Origin: Candidatus Omnitrophota bacterium
GTDB taxonomy: Bacteria; Omnitrophota; Gorgyraeia; JABMRG01; JAFGKX01
Assembly (NCBI GenBank): GCA_020354945.1
Contig: CP070655.1
Coordinates: 398,989-414,939, forward strand
Direction of reading: 5' to 3'
Length of the DNA: 15,951 bases
Shown: positions 7,288 through 15,281 of the stretch, one piece after another
How the letters are laid out: each line of letters opens with the position of its first letter
Numbering within the stretch: the first letter of the stretch is position 1
Program-made: the position numbers and the translations under genes
Notes under the pieces: model-generated
The model's input: the letters and a program-made list of their open reading frames with translations, nothing else
Told to the model about the DNA's origin: nothing
Database searches by the model: none

Positions 7288-8317
7288 AATATTGTCCTAA
7301 TGATATATTAAGGTCATTTACTGGTGTTATGTTGTTGGTAAAAACTTTAAAACCTGAATCGCTTAATTTTTTGATTGCCTTTGTCTTTAAGAATTTATTC
7401 TGGAATACTCCGCCGCTTAATGCGGTATTTTTAATACCGAGTTGCTTCGACAATTTTTTGACCATGCTAATGATAATCTCCGACACAGAGTTGTGAAACT
7501 TCGTTGCAATATATGGTTTATCTTTGTCTTTTCTTAAATCTCGCACCATGCCTAAAAATAGTTCACCCGTATCTATTGCATGGCAACCATTTTGCTTTAC
7601 CGTTGTAAACTCATATCTGTCATCTATTTTATCATCACACATTGCCTCGAGTTTTATAGGCCCTTCTGCTTCATATGAAGGGAATTTGCATATACCCAAA
7701 AGTGCAGCAGCAGCATCAAAAAGCCTGCCTGCACTGGAGCTTAATGGTGAATTTATATTTTTTGCCATCATTGATAATATTAGGTCTTTATCCTGTTTTT
7801 TCACATCGTTTAAGTAGCCGGTTGCTTTCTCTTTTAGGATACTTATTATCATCCTCCACGGCTCATATACAACTCTATCTCCACCCGGCATCATTCTGTA
7901 TTTAAGATGAGCCAGGCGTCTAAATCCGTTTTTGTTAACCATAAGAAACTCTCCGCCCCACATATTGCCGTCTGCGCCATAGCCTGTTCCATCAAAAGAG
8001 ACGCCAATAACAGGCTTTTTTAAATTGTGCTCACACATTACACTTGCAATATGAGCATGGTGATGCTGGACCGGAAATTGGTAGTAGCTAAATTCTTTTG
8101 CAAGGCGGGATGAAAAATAGCCAGGGTGTAAATCATAGGCAATAATATTAGGTTTAAGTTTTTCTGCGACCTTACGTATTTGGCTTTTAAAAAACGCATA
8201 GTTTTCTGCATTGGACAAATCGCCTATCTCAGGCCCGGGGTATAAATCCCTCCCTTCTGCAACAAGAAAGCGATTCTTTATATCCGCACCCAGAGCTAAT
8301 ATTGTTTTATTCAACAT
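7259..8317 (-). CDS. hypF: HypF carbamoyltransferase, Kae1-like C-terminal domain only
   Basis: LALGADIKN, IGDL, DLHPGY, VQHHHAH, DGTGYGADG.MWGGE, SSAGRLFDA, LSGGVFQN and ND..ISLGQ. Only 352 aa; no acylphosphatase, zinc-finger or YrdC domain. Confidence 0.9.
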   Translation of the reverse strand: MLNKTILALGADIKNRFLVAEGRDLYPGPEIGDLSNAENYAFFKSQIRKVAEKLKPNIIAYDLHPGYFSSRLAKEFSYYQFPVQHHHAHIASVMCEHNLKKPVIGVSFDGTGYGADGNMWGGEFLMVNKNGFRRLAHLKYRMMPGGDRVVYEPWRMIISILKEKATGYLNDVKKQDKDLILSMMAKNINSPLSSSAGRLFDAAAALLGICKFPSYEAEGPIKLEAMCDDKIDDRYEFTTVKQNGCHAIDTGELFLGMVRDLRKDKDKPYIATKFHNSVSEIIISMVKKLSKQLGIKNTALSGGVFQNKFLKTKAIKKLSDSGFKVFTNNITPVNDLNISLGQYYVSCYTCKG

Positions 8318-8549
8318 CGAATGATACTACCTCTATTCTTGTGCCTGGGAAAAATGTAAGTTCAAGCTCGGCGTCCTCAAGAGGGGTCCCTTTTGCCAAA
8401 ACGGCAAAGGTCTCCTTAAAGGAATCTTCTTTAACCCCAGTAAGAGCTCCTACTTTTAGTCTTACTTTTGATACTGAATTTGCACCTTCTTTCTTTGCAT
8501 GCTCCGATATACCTTTTATTATGGGTTCTATTAAATGTGATTCATGCAT
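8307..8549 (-). CDS. hypA: Nickel metallochaperone HypA lacking the zinc-finger domain
   Basis: MHE Ni-binding N-terminus, V.L.VG.LTGV...F...F...A.GT.LE.A.L pattern and C-terminal strand IEVVSFDVE; 80 aa, no Cys. Confidence 0.88.
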   Translation of the reverse strand: MHESHLIEPIIKGISEHAKKEGANSVSKVRLKVGALTGVKEDSFKETFAVLAKGTPLEDAELELTFFPGTRIEVVSFDVE

Positions 8550-8983
8550 TTTGTAATCTCCCCAAGCGTCTTTTCAACTTCTTCAGACATCTCTTCTCCA
8601 AAATTAACATTTTCCGGCTGAACACCTAACATATAAATATTAGCGCTGGTTTCTCTCTCTAAATATTCAATAAACATGTGGGGTGAGATATCATGAGTCG
8701 TAAAGCCGCTTTTTACTATATCGGGTTTTGTTAAAATTTCATATTCGCCGGGTTTTTTTCCTAAATGGACGGTGTCGACGATTAAGATGGTATCGGGTTC
8801 CTCCTTCGCAATCTTGCCAACATAATTCTCTGGAGCGCTTCCAGCATCAATGCATATCACCCTGATATTATCTTTTAATCTCTTAATGAGGGCAGGGCCA
8901 AAGCCATCATCTGCCCGCATTATATTACCGACCCCAACAACGACAATCTTTCCTTTAAATATGTCTTTGAGGGTAGCCTGCAT
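8531..8983 (-). CDS. hycI: Hydrogenase maturation endopeptidase, HycI type
   Basis: VGVGNIMRADDGFG, IDAGSAPENY, ILIVD, TTHDI and LGVQP...FGEEMS motifs. Confidence 0.9.
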   Translation of the reverse strand: MQATLKDIFKGKIVVVGVGNIMRADDGFGPALIKRLKDNIRVICIDAGSAPENYVGKIAKEEPDTILIVDTVHLGKKPGEYEILTKPDIVKSGFTTHDISPHMFIEYLERETSANIYMLGVQPENVNFGEEMSEEVEKTLGEITKCMNHI

Positions 8984-8987
8984 TTTT

Positions 8988-9605
8988 TTATTCTTTAGTA
9001 GTAAGGGTGGTTTCTCTCCTGCAACGGGCGCATAGAATCTTTATTCTGTCGGAACGACCATGGTCTTTTAATGCGGATATGATATTTTCATCTATGATTC
9101 CAAGGCTTTTAAGACGGGATAAATATAAGGTAGGGCTTGAAAAGGCGAGTTCACCTATTCTTTCAGCTATCCATTTTAAATGGTCTTTGCAAGCAATAGG
9201 CTCACCACATATCTCGCAAAGCTGCAGGTCCTTCTCAATCGTTTCATAGGATTCTTCTTTTCTATCGAAAAATGAAAGTTCCCAATCATTGGAAAGCTTT
9301 ATCCCTTCCTTATCTGCAATGCAGGCAGCTTCGCACTGACCGCAGAATATACAGACATCTGTATAATGAATCATACCTCTTTTTGCATTGCCATTTTCAT
9401 CAATTATATCTTTATGAGCGATCGCAGCTGCCGGGCAAATTTCTTCACATGCCAGACAGCCAATACACTTTTTCTCATCAAATTTGGGTTGTCCCCTGAA
9501 ATTGGGGTGGGGCTTATGCGGCTGCTTGGGAAATTTAGATGTATAAGGCCCTTTTATCAGCGCTTTAATAGCTTCTCTTAACTCCCTAACCTTTGGCAAT
9601 CTCAT
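8988..9605 (-). CDS. NuoI/HycF/MbhN-like 2x[4Fe-4S] ferredoxin subunit of a group 4 hydrogenase-type complex
   Basis: PYT.KFP...FRG.P, CIGCLACEEICP and CIFCGQCEAAC, plus extra CEICG and CARC pairs. Confidence 0.9.
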   Translation of the reverse strand: MRLPKVRELREAIKALIKGPYTSKFPKQPHKPHPNFRGQPKFDEKKCIGCLACEEICPAAAIAHKDIIDENGNAKRGMIHYTDVCIFCGQCEAACIADKEGIKLSNDWELSFFDRKEESYETIEKDLQLCEICGEPIACKDHLKWIAERIGELAFSSPTLYLSRLKSLGIIDENIISALKDHGRSDRIKILCARCRRETTLTTKE

Positions 9606-9940
9606 TCTTTCCCTTCCTTATCCTCAGCATACCTATCGACAACGCTTCCTTTCCAGAGCTTTACTCCGGATCTGTGCGCACCTCTTGCAATTGCATGAGC
9701 AGAAACAGGAGCTGTCAGTATCAAAAATATAATACATAAAAGTGATTTTATGCCTGCAGGTGTAAATCCTAACATCAAAAATACACCAAACATAATGCTG
9801 CATGTTCCCAGCGTCACGCATTTAGTAGAGGCCTGAAGACGATTATAAACATCCGGCAATCTTACCAAACCCAGGCATCCAAAAAAATCAAAGGCAAGCC
9901 CTACGAATATAAAAATTATACCAAATATATTATTCATCAA
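9602..9940 (-). CDS. mrpG: Mrp/Mnh antiporter subunit G (MbhC-like)
   Basis: G.LGLVRLPDVYNRLQASTK..TLG and LTAPVSAHAIAR. Confidence 0.93.
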   Translation of the reverse strand: MMNNIFGIIFIFVGLAFDFFGCLGLVRLPDVYNRLQASTKCVTLGTCSIMFGVFLMLGFTPAGIKSLLCIIFLILTAPVSAHAIARGAHRSGVKLWKGSVVDRYAEDKEGKE

Positions 9941-10328
9941 AATCCTTTCCCTCTAAATATTTCGATAATGCCAGCGCTCCTATAAAACTCTGCAAGGCCC
10001 AGGCTATTCCTATATCTATGTACCAGCTTCGGCCTGTAGGAATGCACAAAAGCGCGCAGAAACCAACAATGAGTATTCCAAGTATATCAACCGCTACAAT
10101 CCTGTCAGGTGCGGTAGGACCTTTTAATATACGGTAAAGACAAAAAATGCAGGATAACAGGAGTATGTAAAGAGCGCGTGTAAAAAGTGGTATATATGGA
10201 AGGTCCGGATAAAAGAGAATCTTTATAGGATAAAATATAATGACAGCAAAAATGCCCAGAATAATGAGTGTTCCTATAAACCACCTAAGTTTCTTCATGG
10301 CTATTAAAGGAGCCCCGGACTCCTTCAT
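9930..10328 (-). CDS. mrpF: Mrp/Mnh antiporter subunit F (MbhB-like) with N-terminal extension; alternative start at 10298
   Basis: LYRILKGPTAPDRIVAVD, YIDI and FIGALALSKYL motifs. Confidence 0.88.
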   Translation of the reverse strand: MKESGAPLIAMKKLRWFIGTLIILGIFAVIIFYPIKILFYPDLPYIPLFTRALYILLLSCIFCLYRILKGPTAPDRIVAVDILGILIVGFCALLCIPTGRSWYIDIGIAWALQSFIGALALSKYLEGKDFDE

Positions 10329-10819
10329 TCAAAAATCCTCCTTAAGATTTTCTCAAAACGTTCTACTACTATTTTTGTCGCTATTTCTATATCCTTATCC
10401 TTTACATCTATCCAGTGGATATAGAGAAACCCCCCATCCTGATCTACGTCAACACTTAATGTCCCCGGAGTTAATGTAATAGAATTTGCCAGAAATGTTA
10501 AACCAGTCTCAGATTTTAAAGTTGTCTTTACCTTAACAATTCCCGGGTGTATCGGCACATCCGGATGACTTACTCTGTAGGCAACATCTATATTTGCCTT
10601 GATACACTCCCAGATAAACAAAGGTAAGTAATAGGCAAACCAGAAGTATCTTTTAATATGTGTAAACAGCTGTGGCCTCTGAACAAACATATCTCCAGTC
10701 ATAAAGGCTACAAAACCGGCAACTAAAACCCCGACTAAAAGATGCTGTAGGTCTGGTGGCCAGCTTAAAAGGAACCATACAAAAAGGCCCAATATAAATA
10801 GTATAATTCTACTTCTCAT
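10325..10819 (-). CDS. mrpE: Mrp/Mnh antiporter subunit E (MbhA-like)
   Basis: KANIDVA, IHPGIV, LANSITLTPGTL and LYIHWID. Confidence 0.95.
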   Translation of the reverse strand: MRSRIILFILGLFVWFLLSWPPDLQHLLVGVLVAGFVAFMTGDMFVQRPQLFTHIKRYFWFAYYLPLFIWECIKANIDVAYRVSHPDVPIHPGIVKVKTTLKSETGLTFLANSITLTPGTLSVDVDQDGGFLYIHWIDVKDKDIEIATKIVVERFEKILRRIFE

Positions 10820-12312
10820 TTAATAGCCTCAAATATAACAGCAGCATAATCTTTTCCGATATATACAGCGTCTGTTGCTGCTTTAAGAAATACCTCCCTT
10901 ATTCCCGGAATCAAAAGTGCCCCTCCTACTATTGAAATTAAGGCTAATATGACCATTGATAATCTCATAGTAAATGGGACTTCTTTAATATTCTTCCATT
11001 TATCTTTCAATTTTCCAAAGAAGGCGTATCTTTGAAGTTTTAGATAATATCCCAGTGTTACGATGCTTACCAAAACAGCAATTAATGCCAGTAGGTAATG
11101 GCGGCTCTGTATAGCTGCAAAGATAATAATCAGTTTGCTCCAGAAGCCGCTTAAAGGAGGAATTCCTGATATAGACATAGAACCTATTAAACTTGAAGTT
11201 CCTGTTATCGGCATCCGAGCATTTAATCCACCCATCTCTCTTAAGTCCCTGGTTCCTGTAGAATACTCTATTGCACCTGAGTTTAAAAACAGAAGCGATT
11301 TAAATATGGCGTGATTGATTAGATGAAAGAGCGCGCCCAGTATAGCAAGCGGTGTTGCTATCCCTATTGCTAAAACTATATATCCCATCTGGCTGATACT
11401 GGAATATGCCAGCATCCTCTTTATATCTTCTTGCCCTATAGCCAGAAGTCCTCCAGCCACCATAGAGATGGTTCCAAGAATCAGCAAAATATTCAACATA
11501 GCAGGTTGAGCTCCTAACACATTGAAAAATATTCTAATCAATGCATATATACCAAGGACCTTGATTAAAAGTCCGGAAAGCATAGCAGAAATAGGCGCTG
11601 GAGCTGATGGATGGGCATCCGGCAGCCAGGCATGAAATGGCATTATTGCTGCTTTTAAACCGAATCCTGTTAAAAATAGAACAGATACAAATAGAACCAA
11701 CTTGCTGTTTGTTCCGCTTGCTGTTAAAACTCTTGCCATATCAGCCATATTTAATGTTGAAGTAAGGCTATATAAAAGTGCTATTCCTAAAAGAATAAAT
11801 AATGATGCAACTTCTCCCATTACCATATACTTAAACGACGCCTCAAGCTCTTCATGCTCGATACCAAAAGCCACCAGTGCATAGCTGGCAATCGAAGCTA
11901 TCTCTAAAAAGACAAAGAGGTTAAACATATCCCCTGTTACAATCACACCATTCATGCCTCCAAGCATAAGCATAAATAAAGTATAAAATTTCCATTTGGC
12001 TGTGTATTTTTTCATATAGCCTATAGAAAATATGGCAACTAAAAAGGCAACCAGATTAACCACAACCAGCATAAAAGAGCTTAATCCATCTAAGACCATA
12101 GAGATGCCTATTGGCGGAATCCATCCTCCTATTTTATAAACCTGCGCACCAACTTCTTTAACTAAAAATATGGAATATATGGATAAACAAACCAAAACAA
12201 GCATTCCTAAATTGGCTAAGGAATCAGATAATCCCTTTATTCTTTTGCCCAAAAGAGAAATTAAAAATGCGCAGCCCAATGGTATAACTACGAATAGGGG
12301 GATAATGCTCAA
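10816..12312 (-). CDS. mrpD: Mrp/Mnh antiporter subunit D (MbhH-like proton-translocating subunit)
   Basis: GGW.PP.GI..VLDGLS, TGDMFNLFVFLE, LEASFKY, K...PFH.WLPDAH..AP, KRMLAYSSISQ.GY and GIPPLSGFWSK. Confidence 0.92.
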   Translation of the reverse strand: MSIIPLFVVIPLGCAFLISLLGKRIKGLSDSLANLGMLVLVCLSIYSIFLVKEVGAQVYKIGGWIPPIGISMVLDGLSSFMLVVVNLVAFLVAIFSIGYMKKYTAKWKFYTLFMLMLGGMNGVIVTGDMFNLFVFLEIASIASYALVAFGIEHEELEASFKYMVMGEVASLFILLGIALLYSLTSTLNMADMARVLTASGTNSKLVLFVSVLFLTGFGLKAAIMPFHAWLPDAHPSAPAPISAMLSGLLIKVLGIYALIRIFFNVLGAQPAMLNILLILGTISMVAGGLLAIGQEDIKRMLAYSSISQMGYIVLAIGIATPLAILGALFHLINHAIFKSLLFLNSGAIEYSTGTRDLREMGGLNARMPITGTSSLIGSMSISGIPPLSGFWSKLIIIFAAIQSRHYLLALIAVLVSIVTLGYYLKLQRYAFFGKLKDKWKNIKEVPFTMRLSMVILALISIVGGALLIPGIREVFLKAATDAVYIGKDYAAVIFEAIK

Positions 12313-12647
12313 CCTTTTAGTCTCCTTATCTTTGTTATATCAAAAGTTCTATATCTATCATAAATCCTTACAGCGATTGCCGCTATCAGGGCAGTAGTTG
12401 CCAGTCCAATAACTATGGCAGTTAAGACCAAAGCCTGCGGTAAAGGGTCAACCATATTCTTTACTATTTGGTCAGCCGCTAATATCGGCGCACGGCCTGC
12501 AAACCGATAACCAAACAGGATAAATGCGAGGTTGACAGCAGATTCCATTATTATCAGACCTATAATAATCTTGATAATGTTCCTCTTTACCAGGATGCAA
12601 TATAATCCAACAGAAAAAAGAACAAGGCACAAAAGATAGACTATCAT
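12309..12647 (-). CDS. mrpC: Mrp/Mnh antiporter subunit C (MbhG-like)
   Basis: KRNIIKIIIGL.IME.AVN and DPLPQALVLTAIVIG. Confidence 0.95.
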   Translation of the reverse strand: MIVYLLCLVLFSVGLYCILVKRNIIKIIIGLIIMESAVNLAFILFGYRFAGRAPILAADQIVKNMVDPLPQALVLTAIVIGLATTALIAAIAVRIYDRYRTFDITKIRRLKG

Positions 12648-13099
12648 TTTTCTCCTTTTGAATTTATTTTCAATAATACCAGAGCTACAAATATGGCAAA
12701 AAGGCCTGCTCCAACCTTAAGCGAGATAGCAATATTACATAAAGGTATAATCCCTGCACTGAATAATTTAAAGGGGGCACCTTTATTCATAAAAAAGTTT
12801 AAAAAGAAATACCCGCCAACAAAGCCTATTACGGCAACGGAGAGAAACATAACTGCTCCTATGCCTTCAAATAAACTGGCTATGGGCCTTGAAACCTTTT
12901 TTAAGGCTACTTCCTTTCCAAATGCCAACATAAGATGTATAAATGACAATGCAATTATCACTCCACCTGCAAATCCTCCTCCTGGGGTAAGGTGTCCATG
13001 CAATACTATATAGATACCATATAAAAGTATAAGCCCCACGGTAAGCCGTGTAATGGTCTTTACTATTAAGGTCATACCTTTGGTATCTTTTTTAGTCAT
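12644..13099 (-). CDS. mrpB: Mrp/Mnh antiporter subunit B (MbhF-like)
   Basis: HGHLTPGGGFAGG and N.AI.LKV motifs. Confidence 0.92.
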   Translation of the reverse strand: MTKKDTKGMTLIVKTITRLTVGLILLYGIYIVLHGHLTPGGGFAGGVIIALSFIHLMLAFGKEVALKKVSRPIASLFEGIGAVMFLSVAVIGFVGGYFFLNFFMNKGAPFKLFSAGIIPLCNIAISLKVGAGLFAIFVALVLLKINSKGEK

Positions 13100-13637
13100 C
13101 CTCTTTTACAACCTCGTCTTTCCTCTTACGTCCAATCCGGCGCAAAACCGTTAACACACCGATTACTGCCGTAAAAAGCACTGTTGCCTCACCCAGTGTA
13201 TCATAAGCACGGAAATCTAAAATTACCGAAGTTACCAAATTGGTTGCTCCGGTCTTTGTCTGTCCGGTCTCTATAAAATTTTTAGCCACTCTCATTATGG
13301 GCTGACCAAAAACAGGCAATTCCTTTAACGCAGAATAAGCAAAGAATAAAAATACCCCAATAAATATCAAGCCCATTATTGCAGTTAAAAATCCTCGTAT
13401 ATCTTTGGTTGATATGCTTTCTCTTTTCGCTATAGCTCTAATTAATATAATAAGACAAAGAAGCTCTACTACCAATTGAACAATGGCTAAATCTGGTGCT
13501 TTTAAGATTAAAAATGCTGCGGTCAAACCCAGGCCAACTGCTCCCAAAGCAATGATTGAAGATAGAAGGTCTTTTATCTGGACCGCAATAATAGCAGCCG
13601 CGATCATAAATAACAAAAGTATGTATAGCTCAATCAT
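13092..13637 (-). CDS. DUF4040 plus MrpA C-terminal part (MbhD+MbhE-like fusion)
   Basis: APDLAIVQLVVE (DUF4040) followed by NLVTSVILDFRAYDTLGEATVL. Confidence 0.88.
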   Translation of the reverse strand: MIELYILLLFMIAAAIIAVQIKDLLSSIIALGAVGLGLTAAFLILKAPDLAIVQLVVELLCLIILIRAIAKRESISTKDIRGFLTAIMGLIFIGVFLFFAYSALKELPVFGQPIMRVAKNFIETGQTKTGATNLVTSVILDFRAYDTLGEATVLFTAVIGVLTVLRRIGRKRKDEVVKEDD

Positions 13638-13640
13638 TGA

Positions 13641-15281
13641 CTACCTCATTAAAATGAAAAATAGAATCAGCGCCCCCAATAGCATCCAGATAAGATATGT
13701 AGTTAAAATCCCTGTATGGAAAAGGCGTAATATCTTTGTAAAAAACAAACAGAATTTTTTCAACTGCTCATAAATATCAAACGCACGCTCTTGGGCCAGT
13801 TTATAAATTCCATTTAAGATCGGAATATCTTTTATGGTATTATAAAATCCGGTTCCTGAAACTCTCATATCGGGATGTTCTTTAATGAGTTCTCCGCCTA
13901 CAAATGCATCAGTTACTCTTAGGTTTTTGGAAATGTTACCGAGCATATAGATAATCCCGCCTATTACTATACCAACCAATATCAATAAAGTGGCAAGATT
14001 TACATTCCATATCCCCGTATAAGCTATTTCGCCTTTAACACTTGGCCCGATAAATAGGCCTATAGGTATCCTGTAAGCAAATACTCCAAAAATAATACAA
14101 AGGCCGGCTAATATTACCGACGGTGCCCACATAGAGAAACCGACTTCTTTGACTCCTTTTCTATCTTTTGCTGGCTGTCCTAAAAATACAGAATGGGTCG
14201 CTTTCATAAAGCTCGCCAGGGTTAAAGCTGAACCAAACATTGCGGAAATCAACCAGATTATCCAGATCCTAGAACCGCTCTTCGCTGTTTCAATCACGCC
14301 CTGATATATCATCCATTTTGAAAAGAATCCATTAAGGGGCGGTACACCTGAAATTGCTAATGAGGCTATTAAAAATGCGGCGAAACTTACAGGCATAAAC
14401 TTAGATAATCCACCCAATTTTTCCAAATCTGAAGTGTTGGCCCTTTTTTCAGCTGCGCCACCTGATAAGAACAGGCATGATTTATATATAGCATTGTTTA
14501 GCATATGGAAAAGCCCGCCGGCAATTCCTATTGGATTACCCGTTCCAATCCCTAAGACCATATAACCAACCTGGCTGACTGCATGATAACCTAAAAGCCT
14601 TTTTAAATCATGTTGAACCAATGCCATCATAACAGCAGCAATAATGGTAAAGCTGCCCAAAGCCATCAAAAATATATTCATACTTAAATTTATCACAAAC
14701 ATATCCATTGTAATCCTTGCTAGGAAGTATATCCCCAGTAATTTATCCAATGATGCAGGCAAAAAGGCAACTACAGGAACAGGGGCATCGGAAGCTACAT
14801 CAGGAACCCAGGTATGAAAAGGTATTGCCCCGGCTTTGGCAAACGCACCTGCTGCAAAACAAAGATATGCCCAGATGGCGAGTTTGGTATCAAATGCAAT
14901 ACTTATCTTATCCATCTGAAGCGAACCTGTGACCCGCCACACAAAGGCTAATCCTAAAAGGATAAGGGCGTCTGTTCCACCGATTATTATAAAGCTCTTT
15001 TTGGCTGTATAAGAGGTGTGTTTTTTTTCTCCGAAACCTATTAATAGATATAAAAGAAGGGCCAGAAATCCCCAGAATACAACAAACAATATAAGGTTAT
15101 TGGAAAATACAACTCCAAGCGAAGCAACTAACGTAAGGATGATATATGAATAATATCGGATGAGCCCTTTCTTTTTACGCATGAAACCAAAGGAATATAG
15201 AAGAATTAATAAAGAAAAGAAACCGATAAATATTCCTACAAAATTGGATAAGTTGTCGAATCTAAAAAATTCAAAAATCAT
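13641..15281 (-). CDS. NuoL/MrpA-like antiporter-type membrane subunit, N-terminally truncated
   Basis: K.GA.PFHTW.PD, DLKRLLGYHAVSQVGYM, FHMLNNA.YKS.LFL, GVPPLNGF.SKW, and a C-terminal lateral helix plus last TM (HTG.L..Y). Confidence 0.88.
   Translation of the reverse strand: MIFEFFRFDNLSNFVGIFIGFFSLLILLYSFGFMRKKKGLIRYYSYIILTLVASLGVVFSNNLILFVVFWGFLALLLYLLIGFGEKKHTSYTAKKSFIIIGGTDALILLGLAFVWRVTGSLQMDKISIAFDTKLAIWAYLCFAAGAFAKAGAIPFHTWVPDVASDAPVPVVAFLPASLDKLLGIYFLARITMDMFVINLSMNIFLMALGSFTIIAAVMMALVQHDLKRLLGYHAVSQVGYMVLGIGTGNPIGIAGGLFHMLNNAIYKSCLFLSGGAAEKRANTSDLEKLGGLSKFMPVSFAAFLIASLAISGVPPLNGFFSKWMIYQGVIETAKSGSRIWIIWLISAMFGSALTLASFMKATHSVFLGQPAKDRKGVKEVGFSMWAPSVILAGLCIIFGVFAYRIPIGLFIGPSVKGEIAYTGIWNVNLATLLILVGIVIGGIIYMLGNISKNLRVTDAFVGGELIKEHPDMRVSGTGFYNTIKDIPILNGIYKLAQERAFDIYEQLKKFCLFFTKILRLFHTGILTTYLIWMLLGALILFFILMR

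Noticed and set aside
7259-8549. hypA and hypF as pseudogenes
   Set aside because: The frames are intact, deletions follow domain boundaries, start/stop overlaps are preserved and most core motifs are retained. Not fully excluded.
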